From: Eubacteriales bacterium
Lineage (GTDB): Bacteria; Bacillota; Clostridia; Oscillospirales; CAG-382
DNA: 64,000 nt
Direction: 5' to 3'
Assembly: GCA_045612545.1 (NCBI GenBank)
Contig: JAZKZH010000007.1
Location: 57,378 to 121,377 of the forward strand
Numbering within the stretch: position 1 is the stretch's first letter; each line of letters opens with the position of its first letter. The translations under genes were made by a program, and so were the position numbers. The notes beneath the pieces are model-generated. The model did not search any database. It saw nothing but the letters and a program-made list of their open reading frames with translations, and had not been told where the DNA came from. This document shows, piece by piece, positions 1 through 12,747 of the stretch.

Positions 1-402
1 GACATCGGCAGGCTGACCAAGAAGAAGAATCTGAACATCATCACCTTCCGCCCCATGGAAAAAGGGCTTTCCGGCGGAGTTTCCGCCTTGGGCACCGGCT
101 CTGCGCTGGTGAGCAGCTTTGCTTTGATGAGCATTCCCTTGCTGTTGGGGGCGATTCCCTTCAAGGCATTTTTGTTCATCGGGATTCTGGCCTTCTTGGG
201 CACCCTGGTGGATTCCGTGGCGGGAGCGTTGTTCCAATCCTTGTATCGGTGTGACGCCTGCGGCAATCAGGTGGAAAACGCCATCCACTGCGGTTCTCCC
301 GCAACCCTGATCAAGGGCTTCCGCATGATCGACAACGTAGCAGTGAACTACATCGCCGGGTTCGTGACCTGCGCGATGGGCGTCATTTTGATTTTTGTTT
401 AA
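1..402 (+). CDS. DUF92/TMEM19-like integral membrane protein, C-terminal part (5' end outside window)
   Basis: Frame 1 is open from base 1 (DIGRLTKKKNLNIITFRP precedes the listed Met at 55). The product is hydrophobic with Gly/Ala/Leu-rich TM segments and lies directly upstream of uppS. The family call is from recollection only. Confidence 0.55.
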   Translation, partial: DIGRLTKKKNLNIITFRPMEKGLSGGVSALGTGSALVSSFALMSIPLLLGAIPFKAFLFIGILAFLGTLVDSVAGALFQSLYRCDACGNQVENAIHCGSPATLIKGFRMIDNVAVNYIAGFVTCAMGVILIFV

Positions 403-414
403 GGAGACTTTCCA

Positions 415-1104
415 ATGACCCAACCCATTTCCTGCCCCAAAAACATCGGAATCATTATGGACGGAAACGGCAGATGGGCAGAGGAACGCTCCCTGCCCCG
501 CAAGGAAGGTCACACCAAGGGAATTGTCAACATGATCACCCTTGCCTCCCACGCCTTCTCCATGGGTGTGGAAAATTTTGTCTGCTACAGCTTGTCCACC
601 GAGAACTTACAACGGGAAAAGGATGAGCTGGATCATATCCTCAGCTTGGTGCTGAAGTATTTCGACGCCTTTGTGGAGACCTGCAAAAAGCATAGGATCG
701 CCGCAAGATTCCCCGGGAATCTTTCCCTTTTGCCCCCGGAGATCAGAGCCTCCCTTGCCCGCACGGAGGAGATCCTCTCGGAGTTTGCTCACGAAGGCAG
801 AACCATTCACATCGCCATTGCATACGGCAGCCGCGCCGAGATCGTGGAAGCGGTGAACAAAGCCGTGGCCGAGGGAACTCCCGTAACGGAGGAAAGCCTT
901 CTGAATGCCCTTTCCCTGCCCTTAGATCTGGATCTGGTGATCCGCACCGGCGGCGAACAGCGGCTTTCCAACTTCTTTTTGTACCAAGCTTCCTATGCGG
1001 AGTTGTATTTCTCCGACAAATATTTCCCGGATTTCTCCCCGGAGGATCTGCAGGAAGCCGTTTCCTGGTTCTCCGCCCGCAAGAGAAGATACGGCCTGCT
1101 GTGA
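415..1104 (+). CDS. uppS: undecaprenyl diphosphate synthase (isoprenyl transferase)
   Basis: 229 aa. It carries GIIMDGNGRWA near the N-terminus and RTGGEQRLSNFFLYQASYAELYF near the C-terminus, both hallmark cis-prenyltransferase blocks. AAGGAG lies 8 nt upstream of the ATG. Confidence 0.93.
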   Translation: MTQPISCPKNIGIIMDGNGRWAEERSLPRKEGHTKGIVNMITLASHAFSMGVENFVCYSLSTENLQREKDELDHILSLVLKYFDAFVETCKKHRIAARFPGNLSLLPPEIRASLARTEEILSEFAHEGRTIHIAIAYGSRAEIVEAVNKAVAEGTPVTEESLLNALSLPLDLDLVIRTGGEQRLSNFFLYQASYAELYFSDKYFPDFSPEDLQEAVSWFSARKRRYGLL

Positions 1105-1149
1105 AAAATCGCGAGCTTTTATCATAGACAGCAACAAGGAGGTGCTTCC

Positions 1150-1464
1150 ATGGGTTGCTTATTCAGGCTGATCCTGTTTCCCTTCGAATTGATCTTCGAT
1201 GCCATTTTAGAAGGTTGGTTTGCCTTGATGCAATGGATCGTTCCCGAAGAACGTCTGGGATTTTTCTCCCGTTGGGGATTGAAGATCCTTGTAGGAGTTT
1301 TCTCCATCGCCTTGCTTTTGGTATTCCTGTTCGGTGTTCTAGTCGCCGCATTTACCGAGGCAACCGTGACGGACCTTTGGCCGTATATTTTCATCCCTTT
1401 GGGAATCAGCGTACTGCAGATCGTTTTTGGAATTGCGGTTCGAATCAAATCTCGCAAGAAGTAA
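1150..1464 (+). CDS. small hydrophobic membrane protein, unknown function
   Basis: 104 aa with about 3 predicted TM stretches. RBS AAGGAGG is upstream and the terminator at 1486-1520 follows. Confidence 0.6.
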   Translation: MGCLFRLILFPFELIFDAILEGWFALMQWIVPEERLGFFSRWGLKILVGVFSIALLLVFLFGVLVAAFTEATVTDLWPYIFIPLGISVLQIVFGIAVRIKSRKK

Positions 1465-1485
1465 AGCCAAGCACTAAAAATTACG

Positions 1486-1520
1486 CGAAAAAGCCGAGGC
1501 AACCCTCGGCTTTCTTTTTG
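1486..1520. terminator. bidirectional intrinsic terminator between convergent genes
   Basis: Stem AAGCCGAGG / CCTCGGCTT with loop CAAC, an A-run upstream and TCTTTTT downstream. Confidence 0.65.
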
Positions 1521-1521
1521 T

Positions 1522-2073
1522 TCAAATCTCTGCCACCACGCGGCAGGGCAGGCCGGTAACGCCGGTAAGTGCCATGGGGTAGATACGGACGGTAAAAGTC
1601 TCCTTCCCCGCAAGCATGTTCAGCTTCACCAGATTTTCCACCACGAACACGCCTCTGTCGGCGCATTTTTGGTCTGCGGGAATATGCTCGGGAGTTCTGC
1701 GGATGCCGCCGAAATCCAGCCCGATGACGGAGATCTGCTTTTCCAGCAACGCTTCTATCAGCTCATAGGACAACACGGGACTCCCGGAGAAATACCCTTT
1801 TGCACCGTAGATGACCCTCTCTCCGTAGCCGGAATAAAATCCCACGAACATTCCGGATTCCACTGCGGAAAGATCCACGTCCTCCATACCGATCTCCTCC
1901 CCTGCGGCGGAAACGTCAAACACCACGCCTTTTCTGCAAGTGTATTCCAAAGGAAAATCCTTGTCCATCGCGTCGAAGTGCGTGCCAATATGCCCTTCCA
2001 AGGCGGGATCCTTCAATTTCTTAGCCTCCTGCCACATGGCGAGCGTGATAGGAAGGGTGAGATCCAACAGCAT
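1522..2073 (-). CDS. cyclase family protein (kynurenine formamidase-like)
   Basis: HIGTHFDA matches the HxGTHxDxP cyclase/arylformamidase metal motif. I prefer the start at 2073 (MLLDL...) because GGAGG lies 8 nt upstream; the ORF-track start at 2094 lacks an RBS. Confidence 0.75.
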   Translation of the reverse strand: MLLDLTLPITLAMWQEAKKLKDPALEGHIGTHFDAMDKDFPLEYTCRKGVVFDVSAAGEEIGMEDVDLSAVESGMFVGFYSGYGERVIYGAKGYFSGSPVLSYELIEALLEKQISVIGLDFGGIRRTPEHIPADQKCADRGVFVVENLVKLNMLAGKETFTVRIYPMALTGVTGLPCRVVAEI

Positions 2074-2144
2074 AAAAAATACCTCCGCAGTCATTTTTCA
2101 CAGTATAGCATATACGCCTGCAAATGTAAACGAAAAAAGAAAAA

Positions 2145-2173
2145 TTGACAGATGGATTTTTTTGTGTTATACT
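2145..2173 (+). promoter_or_regulatory. sigma-A type promoter (TTGACA-17-TATACT)
   Basis: TTGACA at 2145-2150, a 17-nt spacer containing TGt, and TATACT at 2168-2173. It lies upstream of the 2207 gene. Confidence 0.5.
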
Positions 2174-2206
2174 GCCATCACAGCAAGAAAAAGGAGCCGG
2201 CAAAAC

Positions 2207-2503
2207 ATGAAAAGCTACGCAGGACAACGATTCACCGCAAACTTCCTTCGAGGAAAAGAAGGCTATGGCGGAATTATGGCATTTTACGACGACCGTATGG
2301 AATTCGAGGCGTTTTTTGAGGATCAGCTCCCGGACAAGCAGGTGATCTATTATCGGGATATTGCCTCCGTGAAGACCTCCTTCACCTGCGGCATCATCCC
2401 CAACGGACTGACGGTGGAGGATGTGGACGGCAACGTATTCCCCTACGCCATTTGGCACCGCAAAAAGATTGCGATTTTCTTGCGTGAAAAAGCAGGCATC
2501 TGA
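2207..2503 (+). CDS. hypothetical small protein (98 aa)
   Basis: This is the internal Met of ORF 1940-2503, preceded by AAAAGGAG and the promoter at 2145. The upstream part of that ORF overlaps the cyclase gene and the intergenic region. Confidence 0.55.
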   Translation: MKSYAGQRFTANFLRGKEGYGGIMAFYDDRMEFEAFFEDQLPDKQVIYYRDIASVKTSFTCGIIPNGLTVEDVDGNVFPYAIWHRKKIAIFLREKAGI

Positions 2504-2885
2504 ACCCCTCCGCCTTGCGCTTCTCAGCGGAACGTGCCTGCTGCTTTTGTTTGTTTTTGATTACGTCTGTCCTTTCCGCCATCTGCTGGGGATCTCCTGC
2601 GTAGGGTGCGGTATGACCAGAAGCTGGATTTCCCTCTTACAGGGAAATTTTGAGCAGGCGTTTGCCTATCATCCCCTGTTCTGGATGGTTCCCGTGGCGG
2701 CCGTATTGTTTTGGTTCCGAAAACGTCCCCTTTGCAAAACTCTGCTTTGGGTATGCGTGGGGGTATCCTTTGCCGTGTATCTTCTTCGTCTCTTCCTCCC
2801 GGGTGATACAGTGGTCACCTTCGCCCCGGAAAGCGGCGCGATTTACCAAGGGATGAAAAATCTTTGGAAGCTGCTTTTTGAATAA
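2421..2885 (+). CDS. DUF2752-like membrane protein
   Basis: CPFRHLLGISCVGCGMTRS is followed by TM helices, matching the DUF2752 Cys motif as I recall it. The true start is probably the GTG at 2484, because the ATG at 2421 overlaps the previous gene by 83 nt. Confidence 0.65.
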   Translation: MWTATYSPTPFGTAKRLRFSCVKKQASEPLRLALLSGTCLLLLFVFDYVCPFRHLLGISCVGCGMTRSWISLLQGNFEQAFAYHPLFWMVPVAAVLFWFRKRPLCKTLLWVCVGVSFAVYLLRLFLPGDTVVTFAPESGAIYQGMKNLWKLLFE

Positions 2886-3003
2886 ACTATGAAAGAATTT
2901 CAATCTTTTTGTTGAAATTCTTTGTTTTTTAGAGCGAAATTCGTTGACAATCGTTTGATTGTGTGGTACAATAGCAAAAACAAAACATAAAGGAGATTTC
3001 CCT

Positions 3004-3408
3004 ATGGCACCCATGAAAACCAACAGAAGCTTTGCGGCTTATCTGATCCTCACCTTCTTGACCTGCGGCATCTACGGCCTTTGGTTTATGCACTGCATGG
3101 CAAGAGACACCAACATCATCTGCTTTGACGACGGCAAGCACACCCAAAACGTATTCGTTTGCATTCTGCTGACCCTCTGCACCTGCGGTATCTACCAGCT
3201 TTTCTGGTGGGCAGGCATTGCCGACCGTACCAAGAATGCGGCTCACAGAATGGGCTACCACGCTCCCAACGAGCCTTCCTCCGTTATGGGCTGGATGATC
3301 GGCGGTCTGTTCATCTCCTTCCTGACCTGGGTAGGTATGTACAAGACCATCGAAAACCTGAACTTCGCTTCCAGAGCATATAACAACCTGCCCAATCGTC
3401 CTCTGTAA
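3004..3408 (+). CDS. DUF4234-like small membrane protein
   Basis: Two TCGIYGLWF / TCGIYQLFWW repeats are typical of DUF4234. The start at MAPMKT is preceded by AAAGGAG; promoter TTGACA-17-TACAAT and a terminator hairpin (2895-2930) lie upstream. Confidence 0.75.
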   Translation: MAPMKTNRSFAAYLILTFLTCGIYGLWFMHCMARDTNIICFDDGKHTQNVFVCILLTLCTCGIYQLFWWAGIADRTKNAAHRMGYHAPNEPSSVMGWMIGGLFISFLTWVGMYKTIENLNFASRAYNNLPNRPL

Positions 3409-3500
3409 AGAAACCGTTTTTCCTTTCGTGAGGCATTGAAATTCTCCGCAGAATGTGTTACAATGGGTACACCCAAACACATTCCTGCGGAGATTTTTTT

Positions 3501-4310
3501 ATGAAGCCTATTTTTTGCACCGATACTACCCACGATAAGCACAGCACCTCCATTCACGGAGAAGAGTTTGTTTTCTCCACCGTATCCGAAACCACCAAAA
3601 AGGAGATCAACGCCTCGGTGAACAAGGCCGCAGAGTCCTTGAAAAAAGCGGAGCTGCCCACCTTTCTCCAAGCGCTTCGTTTTGCGGGACTTTGCGCTGC
3701 CGTGGTCTCCCTGATTTCCATGTTTGACGGAGAGCAGCTCCGGATCGCCTATTTGTTGCTTTGCATCGCAAGCGTAGGCGCTTACATTGGAATTTCCTTT
3801 TACGAAAACAAACGGAAAAAGGCGTTTTTGCAAAGCGAATCCGCTGACGTGCTGGCAGCCGCCATGGAAGAAGCCACCCGCCGCGTAGATGCAGAATTGG
3901 AGATTCCTCCCACCGCAGTGGCCGCAGACGTGATCTGCTTCCGCTACAAGGAAAAGGACGGCAAGCGGGAGGTCGTCAAGGCTATGCAGGGCGCGCAGTA
4001 TCTCAACGTGGAGATCTGCCTTTACAAAAACGATACCCATTTGTTTATTGCGGACATGGAGCGTGTGTTCGCCTTCCCCTTGCAGGGTATGAAGGGCATC
4101 ACCGCCGTGCGCGAACCCATCACCCTGTTCCAATGGAACAAGCCCTGTCCTCCCTCCGAGTACGGCTTGACCCATACCAACCGCGGGATCCCCACCGAGG
4201 TTCACTATATTTTGGAATTTACCGCCGGAAACGAGGACTACGGCATTTACTTCCCCTGCTACGAGCTGGAGGCTATCAAAAAACTCACCGGACTTTCCGA
4301 AACCGTTTGA
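3501..4310 (+). CDS. hypothetical membrane protein, paralog A of a tandem pair
   Basis: Starts MKPIFCTD, has two central TM helices, and ends with the block YILEF..GNEDYGIYFPCYELEAIKKLTGL shared with the next gene. Confidence 0.65.
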   Translation: MKPIFCTDTTHDKHSTSIHGEEFVFSTVSETTKKEINASVNKAAESLKKAELPTFLQALRFAGLCAAVVSLISMFDGEQLRIAYLLLCIASVGAYIGISFYENKRKKAFLQSESADVLAAAMEEATRRVDAELEIPPTAVAADVICFRYKEKDGKREVVKAMQGAQYLNVEICLYKNDTHLFIADMERVFAFPLQGMKGITAVREPITLFQWNKPCPPSEYGLTHTNRGIPTEVHYILEFTAGNEDYGIYFPCYELEAIKKLTGLSETV

Positions 4311-4329
4311 ATTTCATCGGGAGGATTGT

Positions 4330-8030
<3,701 letters not shown>

Positions 8031-8046
8031 AGCGCAAACGCAAAAA

Positions 8047-8081
8047 ACAGACGCAGGCGAAATCCTGCGTCTGTACTTTTT
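8047..8081. terminator. bidirectional intrinsic terminator
   Basis: Stem ACAGACGCAGG / CCTGCGTCTGT with a 6-nt loop, flanked by an A-run and a T-run. It lies between the convergent lacZ and esterase genes. Confidence 0.7.
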
Positions 8082-8089
8082 GAGGAAGC

Positions 8090-9055
8090 TTATTTCTTCT
8101 TTTTCAGAACCGCTGCGCCCAACACCGCAACCACTGCGATCGCCACTGCAGCAACAACAATGATCCAGCCCATGGAGGACTCCTCATCCTCGGGCAGAGA
8201 GGTTTCTACGGAAGTGATCGGTTCGGTTACGGATTCCTCCGCGGAAGTGATCGGTTCGGTTACGGATTCCTCCACGGGGTAACGGGTGGAAAGCTTGTAG
8301 GACAACAGCTCCTGCAGCATACCGGGGTGAGCAAAAGCGGTGTTCCAAATGCCGTGGCCCTGACCTGCATACTCCACGTACTGCACCAATTCACCGCCTG
8401 CGTCCCGAATGGCCTGCACCACGTCCCGGGAGCCGGAAACGGGAACGGTGGGATCCGCATCTCCGTGGAACACGAAGAGGGGGGTGTCCTTCAAGGCCTC
8501 TGCCTGAGAAAGGTCACCGCCGCCGCAAACCAAAATACCTGCGGCAAAATAATCGTTGTGGCGCATCATCAAATCCCACGCGCCGAAGCCGCCCATGGAA
8601 AGACCGGAAGCGTAGATACGGTCGGAATCCACGTTGAATTCCTCCTGCAGGGTGTCAAGAAGCTCCACAACTGCCTTCAGCTCGTTGGATTCGGGAACTT
8701 TGGCAATGGAATACGCGCCTTTGGTCCAAGGAGTATCCACCCACTGGTTGCCCACAGGACACTGGGGGGCTACGATGATACACTCCGGCAGAGTGTCCGC
8801 CAGATACTGCACGCAGTGGTACAGCTGCAGCTCGTTATCGCTGCCACGCTCCCCTGCACCATGCAGGAACACCAGCACGGGATAGGACTTATTCTCATCG
8901 TAATTTTCGGGCAATACCAAACGGTAGGGCAAAACGGTGTTTCCGTTTTCAAAAACACGCTTTTCGGTTTTGTATACGTCCACCTTCGCAGACACGGAAA
9001 GGGCGCAAAGGGAAAGCAGCACAACCGCCAAAAGCAAAGAAATCAACTTTTTCAT
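8090..9055 (-). CDS. secreted alpha/beta-hydrolase esterase with C-terminal TM anchor
   Basis: Signal peptide MKKLISLLLAVVLLSLCALSVSA. Nucleophile elbow GLSMGG, with HGDADPTV and GQGHGIW completing a Ser/Asp/His triad. An acidic linker is followed by a hydrophobic tail ending KKKK. Confidence 0.8.
   Translation of the reverse strand: MKKLISLLLAVVLLSLCALSVSAKVDVYKTEKRVFENGNTVLPYRLVLPENYDENKSYPVLVFLHGAGERGSDNELQLYHCVQYLADTLPECIIVAPQCPVGNQWVDTPWTKGAYSIAKVPESNELKAVVELLDTLQEEFNVDSDRIYASGLSMGGFGAWDLMMRHNDYFAAGILVCGGGDLSQAEALKDTPLFVFHGDADPTVPVSGSRDVVQAIRDAGGELVQYVEYAGQGHGIWNTAFAHPGMLQELLSYKLSTRYPVEESVTEPITSAEESVTEPITSVETSLPEDEESSMGWIIVVAAVAIAVVAVLGAAVLKKKK
8210..8275. repeat. 33-bp tandem duplication (2 copies, 1 mismatch) inside the esterase linker
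   Basis: GGAAGTGATCGGTTCGGTTACGGATTCCTCCGC at 8210-8242 is repeated at 8243-8275. It encodes EESVTEPITS twice on the minus strand. Confidence 0.9.
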
Positions 9056-9156
9056 GGCAAAAACTCCTTGTTTTCCTTTTCTTTTTCATAGCATACCACA
9101 TTTTTTTGTATTTTGCAAGATGGCAGAAAAATTCTTCAAAAAAATCAAAAAAAGAC

Positions 9157-9185
9157 TTGACAAGCGCATCCTTTTGTGCTATACT
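9157..9185 (+). promoter_or_regulatory. sigma-A type promoter for the tRNA-Thr/tRNA-Tyr pair
   Basis: TTGACA at 9157-9162, a 17-nt spacer ending TGc, and TATACT at 9180-9185. Confidence 0.55.
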
Positions 9186-9213
9186 TGCTCTTGCCGCTGA
9201 TGAAGCGAGACTT

Positions 9214-9288
9214 GCTGGTGTGGCTCAATGGCAGAGCAGCTGATTTGTAATCAGCAGGTTGGGGGTTCGACTCCCTTCACCAGCTCCA
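9214..9288 (+). tRNA. tRNA-Thr (anticodon UGU)
   Basis: Manual cloverleaf. Acceptor GCTGGTG/CACCAGC; D arm GCTCAATGGCAGAGC; anticodon stem GCTGA/TCAGC with loop TTTGTAA; T arm GGGGGTTCGACTCCC; encoded CCA. Confidence 0.9.
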
Positions 9289-9294
9289 GAATAT

Positions 9295-9379
9295 GGGAGA
9301 ATTCCCGAGTGGCCAAAGGGGACAGACTGTAAATCTGCTGGCATCGCCTTCGGTGGTTCGAATCCACCTTCTCCCACCA
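9295..9379 (+). tRNA. tRNA-Tyr (anticodon GUA), class II with long variable arm
   Basis: Acceptor GGGAGAA/TTCTCCC; anticodon loop CTGTAAA; long variable arm TGGCATCGCCTTCGGTGG region; T arm GGTTCGAATCC; encoded CCA. Confidence 0.9.
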
Positions 9380-9388
9380 AAAACAAAA

Positions 9389-9417
9389 ACGACTCGAAAG
9401 AGTCGTCTTTTGTTTTT
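9389..9417 (+). terminator. intrinsic terminator after the tRNA pair
   Basis: Stem ACGACTC / GAGTCGT with a GAAA loop, followed by CTTTTGTTTTT. Confidence 0.75.
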
Positions 9418-9599
9418 ATCCAAGCCGAAGGCTTGGCATATCATCACCCCACGAAGTGTAGTGCATATCTCATCACGCGGATAGCGTGTATTTCCTCGCA
9501 GTTTTAACCTAATTTGGAACAGTATCCCCTTTTCCCTTGACACCGCTCTCTACCGTATGCTATAATGATCCATCCTTATCCTATAAAAGGAGTGCGGTT

Positions 9600-11474
9600 A
9601 TGAATAAGATCCTTATCCTTTCCCATACCAAAAACGATTTGGTCACCACCATTTTAAGCACCTGCAAGGATGCCTATTGGAGTGCGCCCCAAGAGATCCA
9701 AATTACCGAAGTAGTGCAGTACGACGCGCTGTGCCTGCTGGCAGGCGACGGGGACAAGCCTTACATCCTTCCTGCGGCGTTGCGGGAAGCGGTGGAATCC
9801 ATGCGGGAGGCGGGCAAGCCCGTTTTCTGCGAATTCGTGGCTTCCATCGGCCCGGTGTACTCCGCTTCTCCCACTCCCACCTCCCATCACCGTATGATCT
9901 ATTCCGATCAATACGTCCCGGTGAAGGGGCTGACCAAGGGAGACGTGCTGGACGGACACGGAAACGAGGTGATTCCCTATTACTTCGTGCCGGAAACCGC
10001 CCTGCCCATTCTGACCTATCACGATTATATCTGCGCCCACGATCATTTCGACATGGAGGACGACACCTTCCACAGGGGCAAGCTTGCCCTTTGGAAACTG
10101 GATGGCAACACGCTGGTCTCCTCTGTCCGTCTGTGCAACTTCAATATCGCCCGCCTTGCGCCACGGGATTTCTGGGAGAAGGTACTGACCTATATCCTCT
10201 CCTTCTTGGCGGGAGAGGAGGTTGCTCCCCGCTTCTCGAAGGCTGTTTGCAGCCACGGGGTGGAAACCGATGCCGACAATACGGTAAAACGGGGCTTAGC
10301 TTGGATCAAAGACAGCCAAATCCTCCTTGACCGAGGCAAAAACGGCGTGTTGGAGGGCTTCTCTCACCTCATCATGGCAAAAGACGGCAAGCAATTGGTT
10401 GCCGATACCGTAAGAGCCGACTGCACCGGAGAGGTGGGCGGGGCGTTCCTGCTGGATTACCTCTGCACCGGAAGCAAGGAAAGTCTGGAGATCTTCAAGA
10501 ACACCGCTTCCTTCTGCTTTGACCAAATGCAGGTGAAAAGCGGACTTCACAAGGGAATGCTCCGCTGGACGGAAATGGCGTGGCAGGTGTGCTATCAGGA
10601 CGACGTTGCCAGAGCCATCCTCCCCACCATTTTGTACGAAAACTTCGGGGAGGGCGGTGAATATTTCGAGAACGCGGTGGAGGCGCTGGAATATCTGGTG
10701 AAAACCACGGGAACGGACGGTTTGCGTCCCTTCCGCACCGACTGTCCCCAGCTCACCGAGGAAGGGATGGAAGCGTTACGAACGGGAAAAGACGGCATTC
10801 CCTGCGCCCATTACAACGCATGGTACCACGCCGCGCTGTTGCTTGCCGCAAGGGCAGGCGCTCCCGCGCACTTCGCCGAGGTTGCGGAAAAGGGATTGTC
10901 CTCTATCATGGCGCTTTACCCCGAAACCCAGAGAGAAACCAGCGAGACGGAGGAGCTTTGCCGTTTGGTGTTCCCCTTGGCGGCGCTGTATGAATACACC
11001 CGCAAGGAAGAGCATTACCGCTGGCTTTTGCAGGTGGTATCCGACTTGGAAAAGGTACAGCACCCCTCCGGAGGCTATGCGGAGTGGGACACCGGCTACA
11101 AAGCCACCTGCGCCCGCAACCACACCGGGGAATGTGCTTTGCTTGCCAACAACGGCGACCCGGTAGCAGACCTTTTGTATTCCAACAACTGGTTGCCCTT
11201 GGGTTTTGCTTACGCCTATCTTGCTACGGGAGAGGATATTTTCCGCCGGAAATGGCAGGAGATCTGCACCTTCTTGAGCCGATGCCAGATCCATAGCGAC
11301 GACCCCAAGCTGGACGGCGGATGGACCCGCGCCATGGACATGAACCGTTTGGAGGCCTACGGTGTTCCCCACGACGTGGGTTGGGCGCCCTGCTGTATAG
11401 AAAGCGGCTGGACGGTGGGCGAGATCCTCATGGGAATTCAGTTTATGAAGGTAGCAGAGAAAGTCCGTTCCTAA
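9600..11474 (+). CDS. hypothetical cytoplasmic protein (624 aa), possibly alpha/alpha-toroid glycoside-hydrolase-like
   Basis: The start at MNKILIL is preceded by AAAAGGAG. There is no signal peptide. The coding frame is long and clean with normal composition. The function guess is weak. Confidence 0.7.
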   Translation: MNKILILSHTKNDLVTTILSTCKDAYWSAPQEIQITEVVQYDALCLLAGDGDKPYILPAALREAVESMREAGKPVFCEFVASIGPVYSASPTPTSHHRMIYSDQYVPVKGLTKGDVLDGHGNEVIPYYFVPETALPILTYHDYICAHDHFDMEDDTFHRGKLALWKLDGNTLVSSVRLCNFNIARLAPRDFWEKVLTYILSFLAGEEVAPRFSKAVCSHGVETDADNTVKRGLAWIKDSQILLDRGKNGVLEGFSHLIMAKDGKQLVADTVRADCTGEVGGAFLLDYLCTGSKESLEIFKNTASFCFDQMQVKSGLHKGMLRWTEMAWQVCYQDDVARAILPTILYENFGEGGEYFENAVEALEYLVKTTGTDGLRPFRTDCPQLTEEGMEALRTGKDGIPCAHYNAWYHAALLLAARAGAPAHFAEVAEKGLSSIMALYPETQRETSETEELCRLVFPLAALYEYTRKEEHYRWLLQVVSDLEKVQHPSGGYAEWDTGYKATCARNHTGECALLANNGDPVADLLYSNNWLPLGFAYAYLATGEDIFRRKWQEICTFLSRCQIHSDDPKLDGGWTRAMDMNRLEAYGVPHDVGWAPCCIESGWTVGEILMGIQFMKVAEKVRS

Positions 11475-11514
11475 GCATGCTGCAAAAAAGGGGCTAAGTC
11501 ATTCAGATGCAAAG

Positions 11515-11572
11515 AGCCGTGATTTGGTTCTCATCGGCGTATAAACATACGTCAGAGAGCCAAATCACGGCT
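11515..11572. terminator. long nested hairpin between convergent genes (putative bidirectional terminator)
   Basis: AGCCGTGATTTGGTTCTC pairs with GAGAGCCAAATCACGGCT (17 of 18). The inner stem is CGTAT/ATACG, and AAAAAA follows. Confidence 0.5.
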
Positions 11573-11658
11573 AAAAAACGCTCAAAATTGGCAAAACTTT
11601 ATGCCTTGTTTGATCTTGCGTTTTTGTTCTGCGCTGAATGAATCAGCCGCTTTCCTGT

Positions 11659-12747
11659 TTACTTCTTACAAAGCTCGTCCTTCAGCTGAGCGCAATCTGC
11701 GGAGTCTGTTTTGCCGTCTCCGTTCAGGTCGCCGCGGGCGGCTTTCTCCTCGGTAAGGATCTGCTCCCCTGCCGCATGGCGGGCAAGCACCATATAATCT
11801 ACAGGATCGGTTCTTCCGTCCCCGTTCACGTCCCCGTGGAAGTAAGGCAGCTCGGGCAGCTCATCAGTATATCGGGTGATCAAGGAAGCAACCTCTTCCC
11901 CGGTGCGTGCTTCGTCGTCCCCGTAAATAGCGGCAAGCTGTGTGCGATAGTTGGTTCTGTCCACGATCACAAGGCCGTGGTCGATGCCGGAGGTACACTT
12001 GGCATTGCGCGCGTTATCCACATTCAAAACAGCCTTGATGAAAGCATTGTACTCCGCATAATTATCGCTGACACGTCCCACGATAAAGCACCCCGCGGAG
12101 CTGTAGGAGGTGGGGGTGATGCCGTCGGTAGGCGCATTGCGGAACTGACTGCGGGCATGAATGTTGATGGCAGAGGAGGTAGAGGTATAGCTATCCGTCC
12201 GGGTACAACGTACTGCGGCGGCCTTACCGGAATTATCCTCCAAATGCAAAGCGGCGTAGCCACCCCCATGGTTGATGGAAATGATGTTGTATACGCCGTC
12301 TCTTACGGTGGGCACGGGTGTTCCTTCGTTGGTATCGGGATTACGGGGGTTATCCGGCAGAGTGGAACAGTTTTCCGATTCAAACACAACCACAGGCTTG
12401 CCGTCCACCTCCTGCACCACAGCGCAATAAGCGCCCAAGCGGTATTTGGTGTAGTCACCGTAAGTAGCATCCGTCACCAGATCGCTGCAGCCCTCGAAGA
12501 AAAAGACAATGCTATCCCCGTTTTTTAGATTTCTTGCCACACGATAATTGTTGGTTTCGGAAAGGATGTGGAATTTCATCATCCGATTCACGTAGGAGAT
12601 CTTTGCAGGATCGGAAAGGATGGTACAACGCACCCCGTTCAAATCCGCCTCGGTGTAATAAGTGGTTTCTGCCGCCGCTGTCCCCATGGGGATCGCGGTA
12701 AACAACAGACTTGCGGTGAGAAAAATATGAAGCCATTTCTTTTTCAT
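11659..12747 (-). CDS. secreted dockerin-containing protein with unknown catalytic module
   Basis: Signal peptide ending GTAAAE. The C-terminus has two Ca-binding dockerin repeats, GDVNGDGRTDPVDY and GDLNGDGKTDSADC. Upstream RBS AAAGGAGTG and promoter TTGACA-17-TATACT (12774-12802, minus strand). Confidence 0.85.
   Translation of the reverse strand: MKKKWLHIFLTASLLFTAIPMGTAAAETTYYTEADLNGVRCTILSDPAKISYVNRMMKFHILSETNNYRVARNLKNGDSIVFFFEGCSDLVTDATYGDYTKYRLGAYCAVVQEVDGKPVVVFESENCSTLPDNPRNPDTNEGTPVPTVRDGVYNIISINHGGGYAALHLEDNSGKAAAVRCTRTDSYTSTSSAINIHARSQFRNAPTDGITPTSYSSAGCFIVGRVSDNYAEYNAFIKAVLNVDNARNAKCTSGIDHGLVIVDRTNYRTQLAAIYGDDEARTGEEVASLITRYTDELPELPYFHGDVNGDGRTDPVDYMVLARHAAGEQILTEEKAARGDLNGDGKTDSADCAQLKDELCKK

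Noticed and set aside
11638-12528. 296-aa plus-strand ORF
   Set aside because: It is antisense to the dockerin protein gene, whose signal peptide and dockerin repeats are clear.
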